Assembly: GCA_964234715.1 (NCBI GenBank) | Contig: OZ174279.1 | Origin: Podarcis melisellensis | Lineage: Eukaryota | Strand: one strand, 5' to 3' | Length of the DNA stretch: 64,000 bases | Shown: piece after piece, positions 39,659 through 52,508 of the stretch | Layout of the letters: every line of letters starts with the position of its first letter | Numbering within the stretch: position 1 is the first letter of the stretch | Position numbers and translations under genes: made by a program | Notes under the pieces: generated by a model | Seen by the model: the letters and a program-made list of their open reading frames with translations, nothing else | What the model was told of the DNA's origin: nothing | The model's database searches: none

Positions 39659-41212
39659 TACTTTCTACTGGTTTTGCTGGAACATTCATTAAGCTGCAAT
39701 TTCTGGCCAATCCATTCTGAAAGGAAATAAAAAGCAATGGAAAGCACGTAACTGAATGCTGCCGTATCAGATTGTGGGGGAAATGAATCTGTTTGTGCTC
39801 CAGTGTCACGGCATCCCCCCCTCCCCCCAAAAAAACCTTCCCCAAATGTTAAGTCCCTCAAATGGTCCATGGGGCAGGAGAAACTGCTGCTCTAAATGAT
39901 CCTGACCTCATGCTCTTCTGTAAGCCGCACAGGAGAAGAAGCAATAAACAGATTGTGTGGTTATGATTGTTAACTTTAGATTCATAATAAAGCCTAACTG
40001 GCAGTGCCCATTTAAATGCTCTCTCCGTATAAATAGTTAGTAGTGGATTATGTCCAATCTTCAGTTTATTGCTTTAAAAAGAAAAAAAAAGTCTTTCCGC
40101 TTGCCAAAGGGAGTTCAAAAAAGGCCACCACCCTGTCAACACCACAGAGCCTTATGGGACGCTAATAGGCCCTTTGTGAGTATGCATTGCTGGGGCTCTG
40201 GTCTGTGTCAGCCTCCAAATGCACATTGTTCATGAGTGGTGTTATGCAAATATAATACCCTTATCATGAGAATCTGCAAATGGTTGGCAACTGGCAAGAA
40301 GAATAAAGCACACATCCAAAACTGCTGGAGGGGAGGCATAAAACAAAATGACATGCCATGAAGTGGGACAAAGGAGCGAGAGAGAGATAGAGAGTTGCCT
40401 ATTGAGGTAGCCCCTTTATTTCCAAAACAGAGGCTAGGGCACAATGCCCGCCTAAGCTTTAGGCAGGAACAGAGAAGATTGTGTGCAAAGCCCTCCTCCA
40501 CACCTGGCTAGGGCTTGATCATTTTTGCCGTGTAATGTCATTAGTCACTCTCACAGGGAATTTTCCTTTCCTTTTGTTTTAAGGAATCACACTACACAGA
40601 AGCGCCATACCTTTCATTAGGGCCAACGCAAAGCCAGAGAGTAGCAAGCAAACTTTGGAGTTTGCAAGAGGGTGTTGTAGGAGAGGAGAAAAAGCCACAG
40701 CCTGCAGTTTCCTAACAGTCTCAAGATGGAACAGAGAGGGCACTATGCAGACTTAACGAGGTTACAAAGTGATCTCAGGCTGCAGAAAGGCATGCCGAGT
40801 GAAGGAGCAATGGCTACCCTCTCCTTCAACAATATGCATACCAGCAGTTCCTTGGATCTGTCTCTAGTTACACAAGGTCTTGTTTGTTTTTTTTCCTTAC
40901 CACGTCATCAGCAGAGGGGCATTGTGCACACAGTGTCCAGTCCATATCCAACATAGCTCTCTTTTTTTTGCTTTTTTTAAAGTGTTCATTCATTCCTGCA
41001 GTTTTCAAGGAAGCCTTTGTGCACTGCCCACCTTCACCATTTAATCAGCTCCATTTTTCAGAGCACATGGCAGGGGTGGAGAGGCTACAAGTGAGAATAA
41101 GGAGTGCAATAATAACCCTGCTCCATTCTCACCTACCTTCATGCCTCTCTGATCCCAATCACCCTGCCCTGAATTGTCAGTTCAAGCATAAATATTTAGA
41201 GATCTGAGCAGC

Positions 41213-41622
41213 TTAGGAAGCCACCTTATACTGAGCCAGACCAGTGGTCCATATAGCTCAGTATTGTCTACCCTCGTTGGTTGTGGTTCTCCAGAGTTTC
41301 GGACATGGGACATTCCCAATCCTGTCTGGAAAGCCAAGTACAGTGATACCTCGGGTTACATACGCTTCAGGTTACAGACTTTGCTAACCCAGAAATAGTG
41401 CTTCAGGTTAAGAACTTTGCTTCAGGATGAGAACAGATATCGTGCTCTGGTGGCACAGCAGCAGCAGGGGGCCCCATTAGCTCAAGTGGTGCTTCAGGTT
41501 AAGAACAGTTTCAGGTTAAGAACAGACCTCCAGAATGAATTAAGTACTTAACCCGAGGTACCACTGTACTGAACCTGGGACCTTCTGCATGTGAGACATG
41601 CTCTGCTACTGAGCTACAGCCC
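41213..41622 (-). mobile_element. Squam3-like SINE split by a MITE insertion
   Basis: 3' half at 41213-41338 and tRNA head at 41569-41622 (TGAACCTGGGACCTTCTGCATG...CTACTGAGCTACAGCCC) flank the MITE. Confidence 0.72.
41341..41566 (+). mobile_element. Tc1/mariner(pogo)-type MITE
   Basis: TIR CAGTGATACCTCGGGTTA / TAACCCGAGGTACCACTG; TA on both sides. Confidence 0.88.
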
Positions 41623-41660
41623 TTGTCCCATGTTACATGTAATATGTAAAGTAGTTTGTA

Positions 41661-42040
41661 GTAAAGGGACCCCTGACAGTTAAGTCCAGTTGTGAGTGAC
41701 TCTGGGGTTGAGGCGCTCGTCTTGCTTTACAGGCCGAGGGAGCTGGTGTTTGTCCGTTCCACAGACAGTTTTTCCGGGTCATGTGGTCAGCATGACTAAG
41801 CCGCTTCTGGTGCAGCGGAACACCAACAGCAGAGCAGCACACGGAAACAGTGTTTACCTTTGTGCCGGAGCAGTACCTATTAATCTACTTGCATTTTTTG
41901 GCATGCTTTCGAACTGCTAGGTTGGCAGGAGCTGGGACTGAGCAATGGGAGCTCACCCCATCACAGGGATTCAAACCGCCGACCCTTTGATCAGCAAGCC
42001 CAAGGCTCAGTGGTTTAGACCACAGTGCCACCCACGTCTC
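41661..42040 (-). mobile_element. Sauria SINE, full length
   Basis: Reverse complement of family sequence; 16-bp TSD ACATGTAATA(T/C)GTAAA at 41635-41650 and 42041-42056. Confidence 0.9.
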
Positions 42041-42054
42041 ACATGTAATACGTA

Positions 42055-42368
42055 AAAGGTAAAGGGACCCCTGACTATTAAGTCCAGTCGCAGACGACTC
42101 TGGGGTTGCGGCGCTCATCTCACTTTACTGGCCATGGGAGCCAGCGTTTGTCTGCAGACACTTCCGGGTAATGTGGCCAGCATGACTAAGCCAGTTCTGG
42201 CGAACCAGAGCAGCGCATGGAAATGCTGTTTACCTTCCCACCAGAGCGGTACCTATTTATCTACTTGCACTTTGACGTGCTTTCGAACTGCTAGGTTGGC
42301 AGGAGCAGGAACCGAACAATAGGAGCTCACCCCATTGCGGGGATTCGAACCGCGGACCTTCTGATCAG
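42055..42368 (-). mobile_element. Sauria SINE, 5'-truncated, directly adjacent to the previous copy
   Basis: AAAGGTAAAGGGACCCCTGAC tail; body to B-box (GGATTCGAACC). Confidence 0.9.
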
Positions 42369-45158
42369 ACAACAGTCTTAGCCATCCTCAGTTCTGACCT
42401 CCAATATGTGGGTGTGGAGTGCGAGGAAGAAGTGAATAATGGCTCGTTATCATTGCTAGGTTAGAAGCATCCAGTTTTCAGGATTGTCCTGAGATCCTTG
42501 GCAATGCATAAAGTTTCCATGGACCTCAGTTTCCCAGTTACTGAACAGAGATCAAGCTGCCTACAGCACTGCACCCAGCAGATTGTAAAGTTGTGTCTGT
42601 AGAGTACTTTAGGAGCTTCAACAGAGAAGTGCTATTCAAGCAGAAGGGATTAGCATCAATGTTTTTACTAGATATTAGGAATAGGCTGCTTCTGCTCTTG
42701 GAATATCCCTTTTATTAAAACTCTGCAAAACTCAAAGAGCAGCAAGGAAAGCCTGTAAGCTCTCTTAGTTTGTAGCAAAGAACCTTCTATCTGTCCTTGT
42801 GAATTAAAAGCAACAAGGCACAGGCTCAGTACCATGAACACCACCAAGGGCTTAAGGGGTAGTGGCAGGTAGCCGTCCTCCCTAGTTGGTTTAGAAGGCT
42901 AATAAGCATCACTCAAGTGCACTGCAGGTTGATCTGCCCCTGCTCTAATGACATGAAAGCTGCCCATTATCTCACCTACAGGTACCACCTCGGTTACCTC
43001 ATTGCAGGCCTCACACTCCCACTCCTGGAGGAGAGCAATCGTTGCCAAGAGATTTCCAATGCAATTTCCAAAGTCACATCAAAATGACAAAACATCACAA
43101 CGCATTCAGCTCTGCCTGATTCCAACAGAAAGAACTTTAAGTTTCCACTGTAATTAACCCTATCCTCGTTAAGATAATTATGATCAAGCTCCCTGTCACA
43201 GCTAATATCACAGCATCATTGCCTATGGCTCACGCTTTGCCCTCATTAGCTTACAAAAACAGTGTGCTGAGCAGGCAAACGAACTCCCTCCCTCCTGATG
43301 ACTTAGAAGCTATGTATGCAAGACAGTAAAATAAGAACACAAAGTTCTCTGGGAACATTTCCCCCCATTTAAGCCCTTCGATTAAATCTGTAGTGCTTTC
43401 CCCAGTTTATCTGCATCCTATAATTCGTGCATAATTTGGAGGAAAAGGGTTTCATTTTTCAGCACAAAGGGGTATTTTCAGTGGCAATTTTTGCTTTGAA
43501 TATGCAGGGTAACTAACTGCTGTCTACTAGCTTTTCTTTATGCCAGTCATCTGGTCTGATGAAGAACATTTGGAAAGGATTTGGTTACAATGAAATTTTA
43601 AAAAAGCAGTTTTTGCCTACTGGTAATCTTGAACTATACATTAAATAAGAAAGAAAGAAAAAGGAAACAGCAGCAGTATTGTTTCAACAATGAAGGAACA
43701 GAAACCAAGAGATTTGTATAGACTTCCTCATTATGCAACTAATATACACTTGCGTGTTGATTGGAAACAGAACACATTATGCTCCCCTTAATATATCTCA
43801 CTCATTTCAAATGACATCCCCCCCCCTTACACACACACATTTCCTCCTGCTAACTATAGATAAACTAGAGATGGGACATGCCTTGAAATCGACTTGCTCT
43901 TTATTGACAACAAATAGCTCTTACCAGAAATTAAAGATGGTGCTGTTACACAATGAAATATTGTCCACACTTCTAATTTTTAAAGTGTTCTTTAAAAAAG
44001 CATTCAGACAAATGCATGACTACAAGATTGGATGTCTATACCATTTATCAACTGGATTATCGAAACAGTTTCCAAAACTAAGCTCTGCCATCTTACCAGT
44101 CTGAGCAAGTTCACATGACTAGATTTCATGACAGGAAAATAAACACACACACTCATCAGAATGATTGCATGAAATAATTTTCACATAAATAGCACAACAT
44201 TTATCATCATCTAATGGACATGGTGCCCAAAATTTCATAAGGTGAGTGCTATCAAACCAATTCATCAGCAGGGGACATTATTTCACTTATAACACTTTCT
44301 CTCTTTCCAATGGTCTCTTTGCTGAACTTTCAGCAAGGTGAGGACCAAAGCAGAATCACAGTCTAGTCCTGTATCCTTGGATCCATAGCCACACATAAGC
44401 AACAAAGCTGCCACACTACCTCACATTAATGAAATCACAAGTCCCACCACACACCACCCAAAGAGCATCATGTATGTTGGTCTCCCAATATTTTTATTTT
44501 GGGGGCACATTTTTCTAGCAGTGTTGTCCACCATAATTTTTGGCACCAGGATTCTAGATTCACATCAGAATCTTTCCAGTACCCTGGCTGTGATTCTTTC
44601 AGCTGATAAATGTAAACGGGTGACCAATTCCTTACTAAAAGTAAAAGCCTTACCAATTCTACATTCTGATCAATAAACAAATTCAGCAGAGGTCATGGAG
44701 GGACATAATTATTTGCTTTGTAATAAATTTGCAAATTTATTGTGCCCAGTACTCCTATATCCTCTGACACTCCCACCAGAAGTGGGAATAAGCTACCATC
44801 TTATTCTGGTATCCAGCCATGTTTATTTAAAACCAAATTTAAGTCAGCTTCCTCTATCAAAGTTCTAAATTGCTTTAGGGACTCCAAAAGTACTTAACCC
44901 AGAGTTTAGGAATAGTTTGTATATGCCTGAATTATGCCAAATCCCTGCTATACACACCACAGATTCAGATAGCCAAACAGCCAAAATGTGACTACTTCCT
45001 TACTTGTTTGGGCTTTACTGGTCAGCATCAGCCATTTTCTCTTTGCCAACAAGCTCATCAGAAAATGCCTAGATTATAATTTCCAAACAGACTAAGAAGA
45101 TTTATTCTAGCATTCAGCTGTAATGCATGGCAATATGAGTATTTTAATTTCTAGACTA

Positions 45159-45307
45159 CCGTATTTTTCCATGTATAGGGTTTTTTCCACACCAAAAAAT
45201 TAGGTTTAAAATTGGTGCTGGTCTTATACATGGGTAGTGCTGAGGGATATTTTCTTAATTTGGAGGGGCATTATACATGGGGGCGTCTTATGGATGGAAA
45301 AATATGC
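45159..45307. mobile_element. Older pogo/Tigger-like MITE
   Basis: TA-CCGTATTTTTCCAT ... ATGGAAAAATATGC-TA inverted ends. Confidence 0.55.
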
Positions 45308-46135
45308 TACATAAAGGAATATAAACTTATAAGATCTTCAAACTCTTAATTCTGGATGAGGATTTACTCTTCCCTTACTAAAAAGGTCATATGTCTAGTT
45401 GTGATAAAAGACCCAGTTTTTCCTCCTGGGTGTCCAGGTGATATCTGTTGTCATAGCAGCTGGTCCTGCCCTCAATATCATGTAGTTCCACATCTGGACA
45501 GGAGCAGCATATGCACACTCTATGCATGTAGGCCTCCATCCATAGAAGCTGGAACAAAGTCTACTTGCACAGGTATTGCTATTATTATTGTCACCATCAC
45601 CACCATTAATCAAATTTATCCCATCCTTCCTCCCAAAGGCTTAAGCGGCTCTCTCTTTTGGATTTTCAGGTGTTAGCAGTAAAACCTAGGGATGAGCTAA
45701 ATCTGCACGATGGTTCAAACTGAGAGAATTAATGCATAGATGTCAGGGGGGCAGGGAAGCCACATTACGCTGGAGACAGCCCCACTATGTGGACCCTTGT
45801 CACATGTCACATGGATAGGGATTTAGATGCACCACCTAGATCTTATCAGAGGAAGGGCAAGATACAAATAATATTATCATTTGCTGGCATCTGTCTGTCT
45901 CGAGAGACAATGGAAGAGTGCACCATGGGGGGGGTGAAGTCAAACCATTGGAAAGTTACAGTGCCTGGTGTGGCTGTAGAGACCAATAGGAGAGAGGCAT
46001 GTTTCATTACACTTGGTGCAGATGAAGGCGTCTGGTTTCACTGGTCCATAATAAGCCAAAAGAAGAACAATGTGAGGACTTCGAGTTCAAAAGTGGGGTC
46101 AAACTATCCCTCCTTTGTATGATCAGATGTTAGCA

Positions 46136-46531
46136 CAGGGGTCAGCAAGGTTTACCTCGCCTGGGCCGGTTCACTCCAGCACAGATCCCTCCGTGGGCCA
46201 GGTCGCGCGCACACGAGCAAGTGCACCCACAATTTCCGGTGTCTGCGTCTGTGCAGATGCAATTTCCAGCGCATGCGCAGACGCGATTTCTGGCACTGCA
46301 GAAGCGAGTCCCTGTGCCATGCTGGTTTAGCACAGCACGTGAGACTCGCCAAGCGGGTGGCTCAATTTCCAGCACATGCACAGACGTGATTTCTGGCACC
46401 GCAAAAGCGAGTCCCTGTGCCACACTGGTTTAGCACAGCGCGCGGGGACTCGCCGAGCGGGCGGCTCGTGGGCTGGTTAAACGACCCCCGTGGGCAGCTT
46501 GTGCCCATGGGCCTCAGGTTGCCTACCCCTG
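46136..46531 (+). mobile_element. CpG-rich hAT-type MITE with an internal ~103-bp tandem duplication
   Basis: CAGGGGTCAGCAA ... TTGCCTACCCCTG; perfect TSD TGTTAGCA. Confidence 0.86.
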
Positions 46532-47613
46532 TGTTAGCAGTTACATTTGGGAATGCAGCGAACCTGCATGATGGTTCAATTACATTCACACCAAGGGCGG
46601 TGTTCACAGCATAGTAGTGCTTATGTCTTTAACAGCAACATTCTGAATTATAATTTGAGCATTAGAATGTAAAAAGTCCCCACCCCTTTTAAAAGAAAAC
46701 TAGGAGAATGGAACGAGCTAGGCAGTATATAGCACACTCTTCTAGCATAGTGAGAAACGGATGGTGGCGGGGGGGGGGGAGAGAAAGTAATTTTTCTCCC
46801 ATCTTCCACAACAACCAAGGCTGGGGAGTGACAAGCAAATTGACGCACTGCTCAGAGGGCAAAAGATAAATGTTTGATGAATTGGCCATCGCTGGAGGAG
46901 TGATGGGCTTCATATGTGCATAATGGACTAGCTGCCTTTCAATTGAGATTGCCTGCCAAGATAAGAAACTATAATGAATGGACCAAGTGGAGCCTCCACC
47001 ATAAGAAAAGTATAATCTGACTAGTTTTAATAAACTTAATAAAAAAGATGAAGTGGAAAGAGGCCAGCAGAAAACCAGCCTTTGTGACCGGCTACCAGAG
47101 GTGCAAACGGATAACAGATGGACTCACGCATGGTGGGAAAGGAGTAAAAGTAGTTGCATTTGAATCGCTTTCTCATTGTTCACAGTGGATGATTTCACAA
47201 CTTGAAGGCAACCTTATTAGAGTAAAATACATTGCAATTAAGACTCATGCTATCCCTTGACCCACATATGCCTTAGAGAACCGTCCACGTTCTGGAATGA
47301 TATGGAAATGGTTCAAGGAAAGGATATTTCATTTTGCTGCCCTTGGATTTCAAGCTGAAGTATTTCAAAGTTTCACATAAATTCTCCTAAGCTGGATGAC
47401 TTCCATGGGGTGGGGGAATCAGTCACTTCAAAGTAGCAAGGTATTTTACTATCCTCAGCCAGGAACAATCCTCCCATTTAAAGTTACATTTTCTTCTCAA
47501 GTCTCTGGCTAGAATCCTACAGAGTTCATCTGGGTGAGCTGAGCTCTGGCTCCTAGTGTGTGGCACACCAAGCATCTTCAGTCTGGCTCTGAGTAATGAG
47601 GGAGCCTTTAAAG

Positions 47614-47749
47614 CAGTGTTTCCCAACCTTGTGCCTCCAGCTGTTTTTGAACTACAATTCCCATCATCCCTGACCACTGGTCTTGCTAGCTAGGGATGAT
47701 GGGAGTTGTAGGCCAAAAACATCTGGAGGCCCAAGGTTGGGAAACACTG
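47614..47749. mobile_element. Palindromic hAT-type MITE
   Basis: TIR CAGTGTTTCCCAACCTTG / CAAGGTTGGGAAACACTG; whole body folds back; perfect TSD CTTTAAAG. Confidence 0.9.
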
Positions 47750-47830
47750 CTTTAAAGCACTACTACTTGCAGCGCCAGCAGGGTAACATAGAGAAGCCTG
47801 GGCCATAATGCAGGAGTCCATGCCATAGAT

Positions 47831-48147
47831 CAGGGGTCAGCAAACTTTTTCAGCAGGGGGCCGGTCCACTGTCCCTCAGACCTTGTCAGGTTATATTTTG
47901 GGGGGGGGGGGGGAGTGAACAAATTCCTGTGCCCCACAAATAACCCAGAGATGCATTTTAAATAAAAGCACACATTCTACTCATGTAAAAACACCAAGCA
48001 GGCCCCACAAAGAACCCAGAGATGCATTTTAAATAAAAGGACACATTCTACCCATGTAAAAACACACTGATTCCCGGACCATCCATGGGCCGGATTTAGA
48101 AGGCAATTGAGCCGGATGGCCCCTAGGCCTTAGTTTGCCTACCCATG
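47831..48147 (+). mobile_element. hAT-type MITE with an internal ~70-bp tandem duplication
   Basis: CAGGGGTCAGCAAAC ... GTTTGCCTACCCATG; perfect TSD CCATAGAT. Confidence 0.88.
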
Positions 48148-48917
48148 CCATAGATCTTCCAACATTCACCAGCATTAACACATTTTCCTGAGGACTGATG
48201 CTAACACTGGAAGGAGTTCTAGGGGGAGCTCTCCTACATTATGCCCAAGGCTTCTTGCAGTATCATGGCAATGTAGGAACTGACACCAGAGAGCCGTTTT
48301 TGGATAGCCAGTGGAAAGGAGATGTTCTGGTGGCCAGATCACCTGGAGGACTGTCTTCTTGGCATGTGAAGAAGGGAAGATAAAAACTCTGTTCAGGCAA
48401 GCATTTGATCCTCATATCCTCATGTTATCTTAAAAGTGCCTGGATTATATATCTAATTTCTACTGCTATATTTATTGGCTAATTTATACTTTTAACGTGT
48501 TCTGCAACAAGTTTTTGTTGAAAAGCGTGAAATATCTTCACTATTATTTGAAAAAAATGAAAGATAAAAGTTCATTAATACAGAGGTTGTCCCTAGTAAG
48601 AACATGTGGGGCTGTTGATTTCTGGGGCAACAGGACATGACTCATGTTGTGTTTATGAGAAGAGGAGGAGGTCAGGAGCTATGTTTATGGCTTTACACTC
48701 CATATTATTGTCTCACTGTGCTGATATACACTACGTATGGCTGCACAGAAGGTATTTGGCTTTAAAAAGTGGCTGGGCAGCTTTAAAACAGGAATTTGTG
48801 TGTGTTCTCTTGTACCCAATGTAGGAAATGAGGGCACAAGGAGACAGAACTGAGCTGATCAAGCTATATGCTATTTATAAAACAGTGTGAAATGGGCCAG
48901 CACTAACTCCCAATGTA

Positions 48918-48939
48918 AATAATAATAATAATAATAATA

Positions 48940-48982
<43 letters not shown>
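48918..48982. repeat. Head-to-head (AAT)n(ATT)n microsatellite
   Basis: Direct reading; self-complementary. Confidence 0.93.
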
Positions 48983-49471
48983 GTGCTTCTTGCCCCTGTT
49001 CCCATACCCTCCAACCCAAACAGTTCCAAAAGGCAGGTCGAGGGAAGCCCTCTTTAACCCACAATGTTCTCTTTGGAGCCTCGAATCCACCACTTGGAAA
49101 GATTTCACAAGTTTCTCATATCTATATCTATATCTATATCATCTATATCTATATTTATATCTCTTTATGCTTCCCTCCAAATTCCTTGGATATTTCTTTC
49201 AAGCACAATGTTAGGTGAATAATGTTTGTGTTGTTCAAAAGCTTACACACAGACACACATCCTTTAACAAATCAAATAAGATGTGTGGTCCATTCCTGTT
49301 CTGCTTTTCAGCATAAATTTTGTGCATAACCACCAAAGGAAATTAACTCACTGCTTGGAAAACCAGGGAAGGCTCCCTCTGTTGAAGAAAATTTAAAAGA
49401 ACACTGATTGCAAAGCCCTGCTCCTCCTTAGGTGTGTGCGTTTGTGCGTGTTTGAGAGTGAGAAAGCAAGG

Positions 49472-49476
<5 letters not shown>

Positions 49477-49507
<31 letters not shown>
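49477..49507. repeat. (GA)n microsatellite
   Basis: Direct reading. Confidence 0.93.
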
Positions 49508-49509
<2 letters not shown>

Positions 49510-50972
49510 AAGACGGAGAGGTAAGGCTCAGGAGTGCTGGGTGAATTATAGACTGCCTCTCAAGATTCACAGCTCTTCAAGGTAGGAGGTTAATATTCTC
49601 ACATGTCATTGGGTCTGCTGGCTCTACTGATGGCTCATTGAATCAGGCAGCAAATTATTTCCTCATGCAGCAGAGGACATCACACTTCAAAGGAAAGGAG
49701 CCAGGGTCAAGACGGCTCTCCAGTTCGATTAATGACTTGGGATCAGCAGAGGTTGCCTGTAGGTAAGAAAGTGACTGAAGCTTTTGACAAAGCTGACTTT
49801 TTGAACAGGACTCCCCCATGCTGCCACAACTTCCCCCTTCGTCAGCAGCACCAAGTTTTACTTCCAACCATTGCCTCAGACTGACCTGACTTAGGCCCGC
49901 TGAGATGGTTTTGACCTCCTCAGTCTTTGTTACCAGACACAGAAGCTACCTAGCAGCAGTGCATAAGTGCCTCTCTGAAGGCCACACTGTCTCGCAAGGG
50001 TCTCAACCAAATTCTTCGTAAATATAGGCCGGTCAAATGAATTCAAGTGCAAGTCACCATATATATATGTGAACATTTTCAAATTCATGGAAATAAACAA
50101 TAGCTTTAAGTTATCTCTTTAAAAAACAATATAAAGAGAACACTGAAACTCTTATACTTCTGCATAGGAAGACTTTTTTTAACTTGCTAAGTTCATAAAA
50201 TAAAACATAACAGTATTAAAACAATACAGAAATTATATTAAGATGATTGGTGGGGGGATTCAGAAATATATGTGCTTCAGTCCTTGTGGACTTGCTAATC
50301 AACACTATCCTTGGCAAATAATGAATGATATCAAATCTTGCTATACAGTTTTTGTAATGTTTATTGCCATGGTAGCAGCAGATAAGAGATAATTAAAACT
50401 TAATGGCCACTGTATTCATCTGTCTAGAAAAAAAGCTAAAACAATATACTCTGTTTGATATGCCCTTGCAATTTTTTAATACGTATTTAGCTTGATCTAA
50501 TAAAGCACTGAAATGAGCTTTATCATAGCAATGCGTTTTTAACACATATGATCTACTCAGACTTCACACTTTCTAAAGCAAGTATGAATAATTATATCAA
50601 CACAAGAGTGGCTGCACTCCTCTGCAGTTTATGTTTACTAAAACATAAGGGTCAGTGAAATGCTTATTCCCAAATACTAGCTGACCAAGTTATAGTCTAC
50701 GGATTGACCATGCCTGTAGCTAAACTACCATCCAATAGGAATAAGATGACTTTCATAATTCTTTCCAACTCCATTTAAAATTAATCATTTCTGAATCTTT
50801 CCATTTCCTGATTGGTTGTGAGCTACAGCAATACATTAATAGCTACATTTTGTATTAGTTACAAAAAACATTTGGTGGGCGGGGGAAAGGTGTTACTGAG
50901 CAAAATATTAACAAATGAAGAGACCAATGTTCACCCCAGAGTTCCCAACAGAGGAGGATAATCAGTCTAGGA

Positions 50973-51164
50973 TAGTGGTGTCCAAACTTTTTTCAAAGAG
51001 GGCCAGATCTGATGAAGTAAAGGGCTGTGAGGGCCAACCATAGTTGTTAACCTCAACATTGAAGTTGTTGAGGGTTTTTTAAGGATTTTATTCCAGGAAA
51101 TAAACTGGCACAGGGGCTGGATTGGGCTGGATTAGGCCCCTGAAACAGACTTTGGACATGCCTG
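50973..51164. mobile_element. hAT-type MITE
   Basis: TGTCCAAA / TTTGGACA inverted ends; TSD (G/A)TCTAGGA. Confidence 0.72.
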
Positions 51165-52508
51165 ATCTAGGACCAAGAAGAGCTTGTCACCTCCAGATTT
51201 GTTAAAAAGGGTGGTGTTATGGCTATGAAGGCAGTCTGCGGAGCTGGGTAGTGAAGAGGAGATAGCCTAGCAAAAAACGTCTGCAGTGTGTAGCTCTGGA
51301 CTCTGAAGGAGAAGAGTAAAATACCACATCAGCTCCCCTCATTTCCTCTTTGAGGACTAATAAGCCAGAAGGTGGCTCAAAATCACCACAACTAAGCCAC
51401 ATTCCTTGTATAACATAACCCCGCTATGCCAACATGTAAGCCTGCTCCTAACTGAAACAAAGTGTTACATATATTTTTTTTGGGGGGGGGCAAACAATAT
51501 GAAAGAGAGTGGAAAACATAACTATACATATAATTCTGCCACAGTTTTCCATTCTCCACTGACTTTTCCCAATTTCATTTTAAAGTTGCAGAGCTAATTT
51601 AATGGCTGCTGACCAGGGAATGTAAGTGGTCTGTGAATTGGCCCCTCTGAAGATTTCAGCTCAAAGGGCCTATATGCATCATTGGCTCAGATCAATAAAA
51701 ATCATTTGTTCTACTGTGTGCATAAGCTAGGATCTGACTCTTTAAGAATTTGCATATGGCTCCTCATCATAGCCACTTGCCAAAGGTTTTTAATTTTTTA
51801 AAACAACAACAACAACAACAACTTTGTGGCATTCCAAATCAAGCATGCCAACATTTCACTCTCCCATTTGTTGCATGTCTCTTGACATTTCTTAAAAAGC
51901 AGCTCCCTTTCCCTTTCATCTCTCCACCCTCTTCTGCCCCCACCCCCTCACATCTTACAACACCTTGCTTTGACTTTCAAAGACTATTGCTATCCCCATT
52001 TTTTTTTTTATAGATGCCTTTACTCTTAAGTGGATGACCTTTTGCTGGGAAAGGTGGTTAAAAGACTGAACAGCTCTGTAGGTTACAGATATACAGACTG
52101 ATAATAGGACTGAAGAGGAGGAGGAAGATGATGATAAATATGACACCTGCAGAATTTATAGAGCTTAAATTTTGTTAGCATATATTACGTAGGGCTGCAA
52201 GCGTTGACATTCAGTGGCAATCCCATTGAAGACACGGCAGCTTTATCAGTCAAAGAGTAACTTTCATGGGTATGGTGCTCATTCAGTTGCACGTAGGTTC
52301 AAGAAGGCAGGGTGCTTGGAAGTCAGGGATTTGCTGAAGGGCTTTCTAGCACAGGTGCAGCAGCAGGAGCCACTGTGAACCCAGAAAGGTTACACATCAG
52401 AAAGGCCAGATGTGTCACAGGGAACTAATAATGGATAGATTATAAGATCTGAACAGGGAGTGGCAACACATGCCAACCCCATCAGAACACTTAGAAGCCC
52501 CCTACAAT

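Noticed and set aside
47319-47327. Second ATATCCTTT U12-like donor on the minus strand (another, ATATCCTTCC, on plus at 60120)
   Set aside because: No recognisable exon upstream; a 9-mer is plausible by chance in 64 kb of AT-rich DNA.
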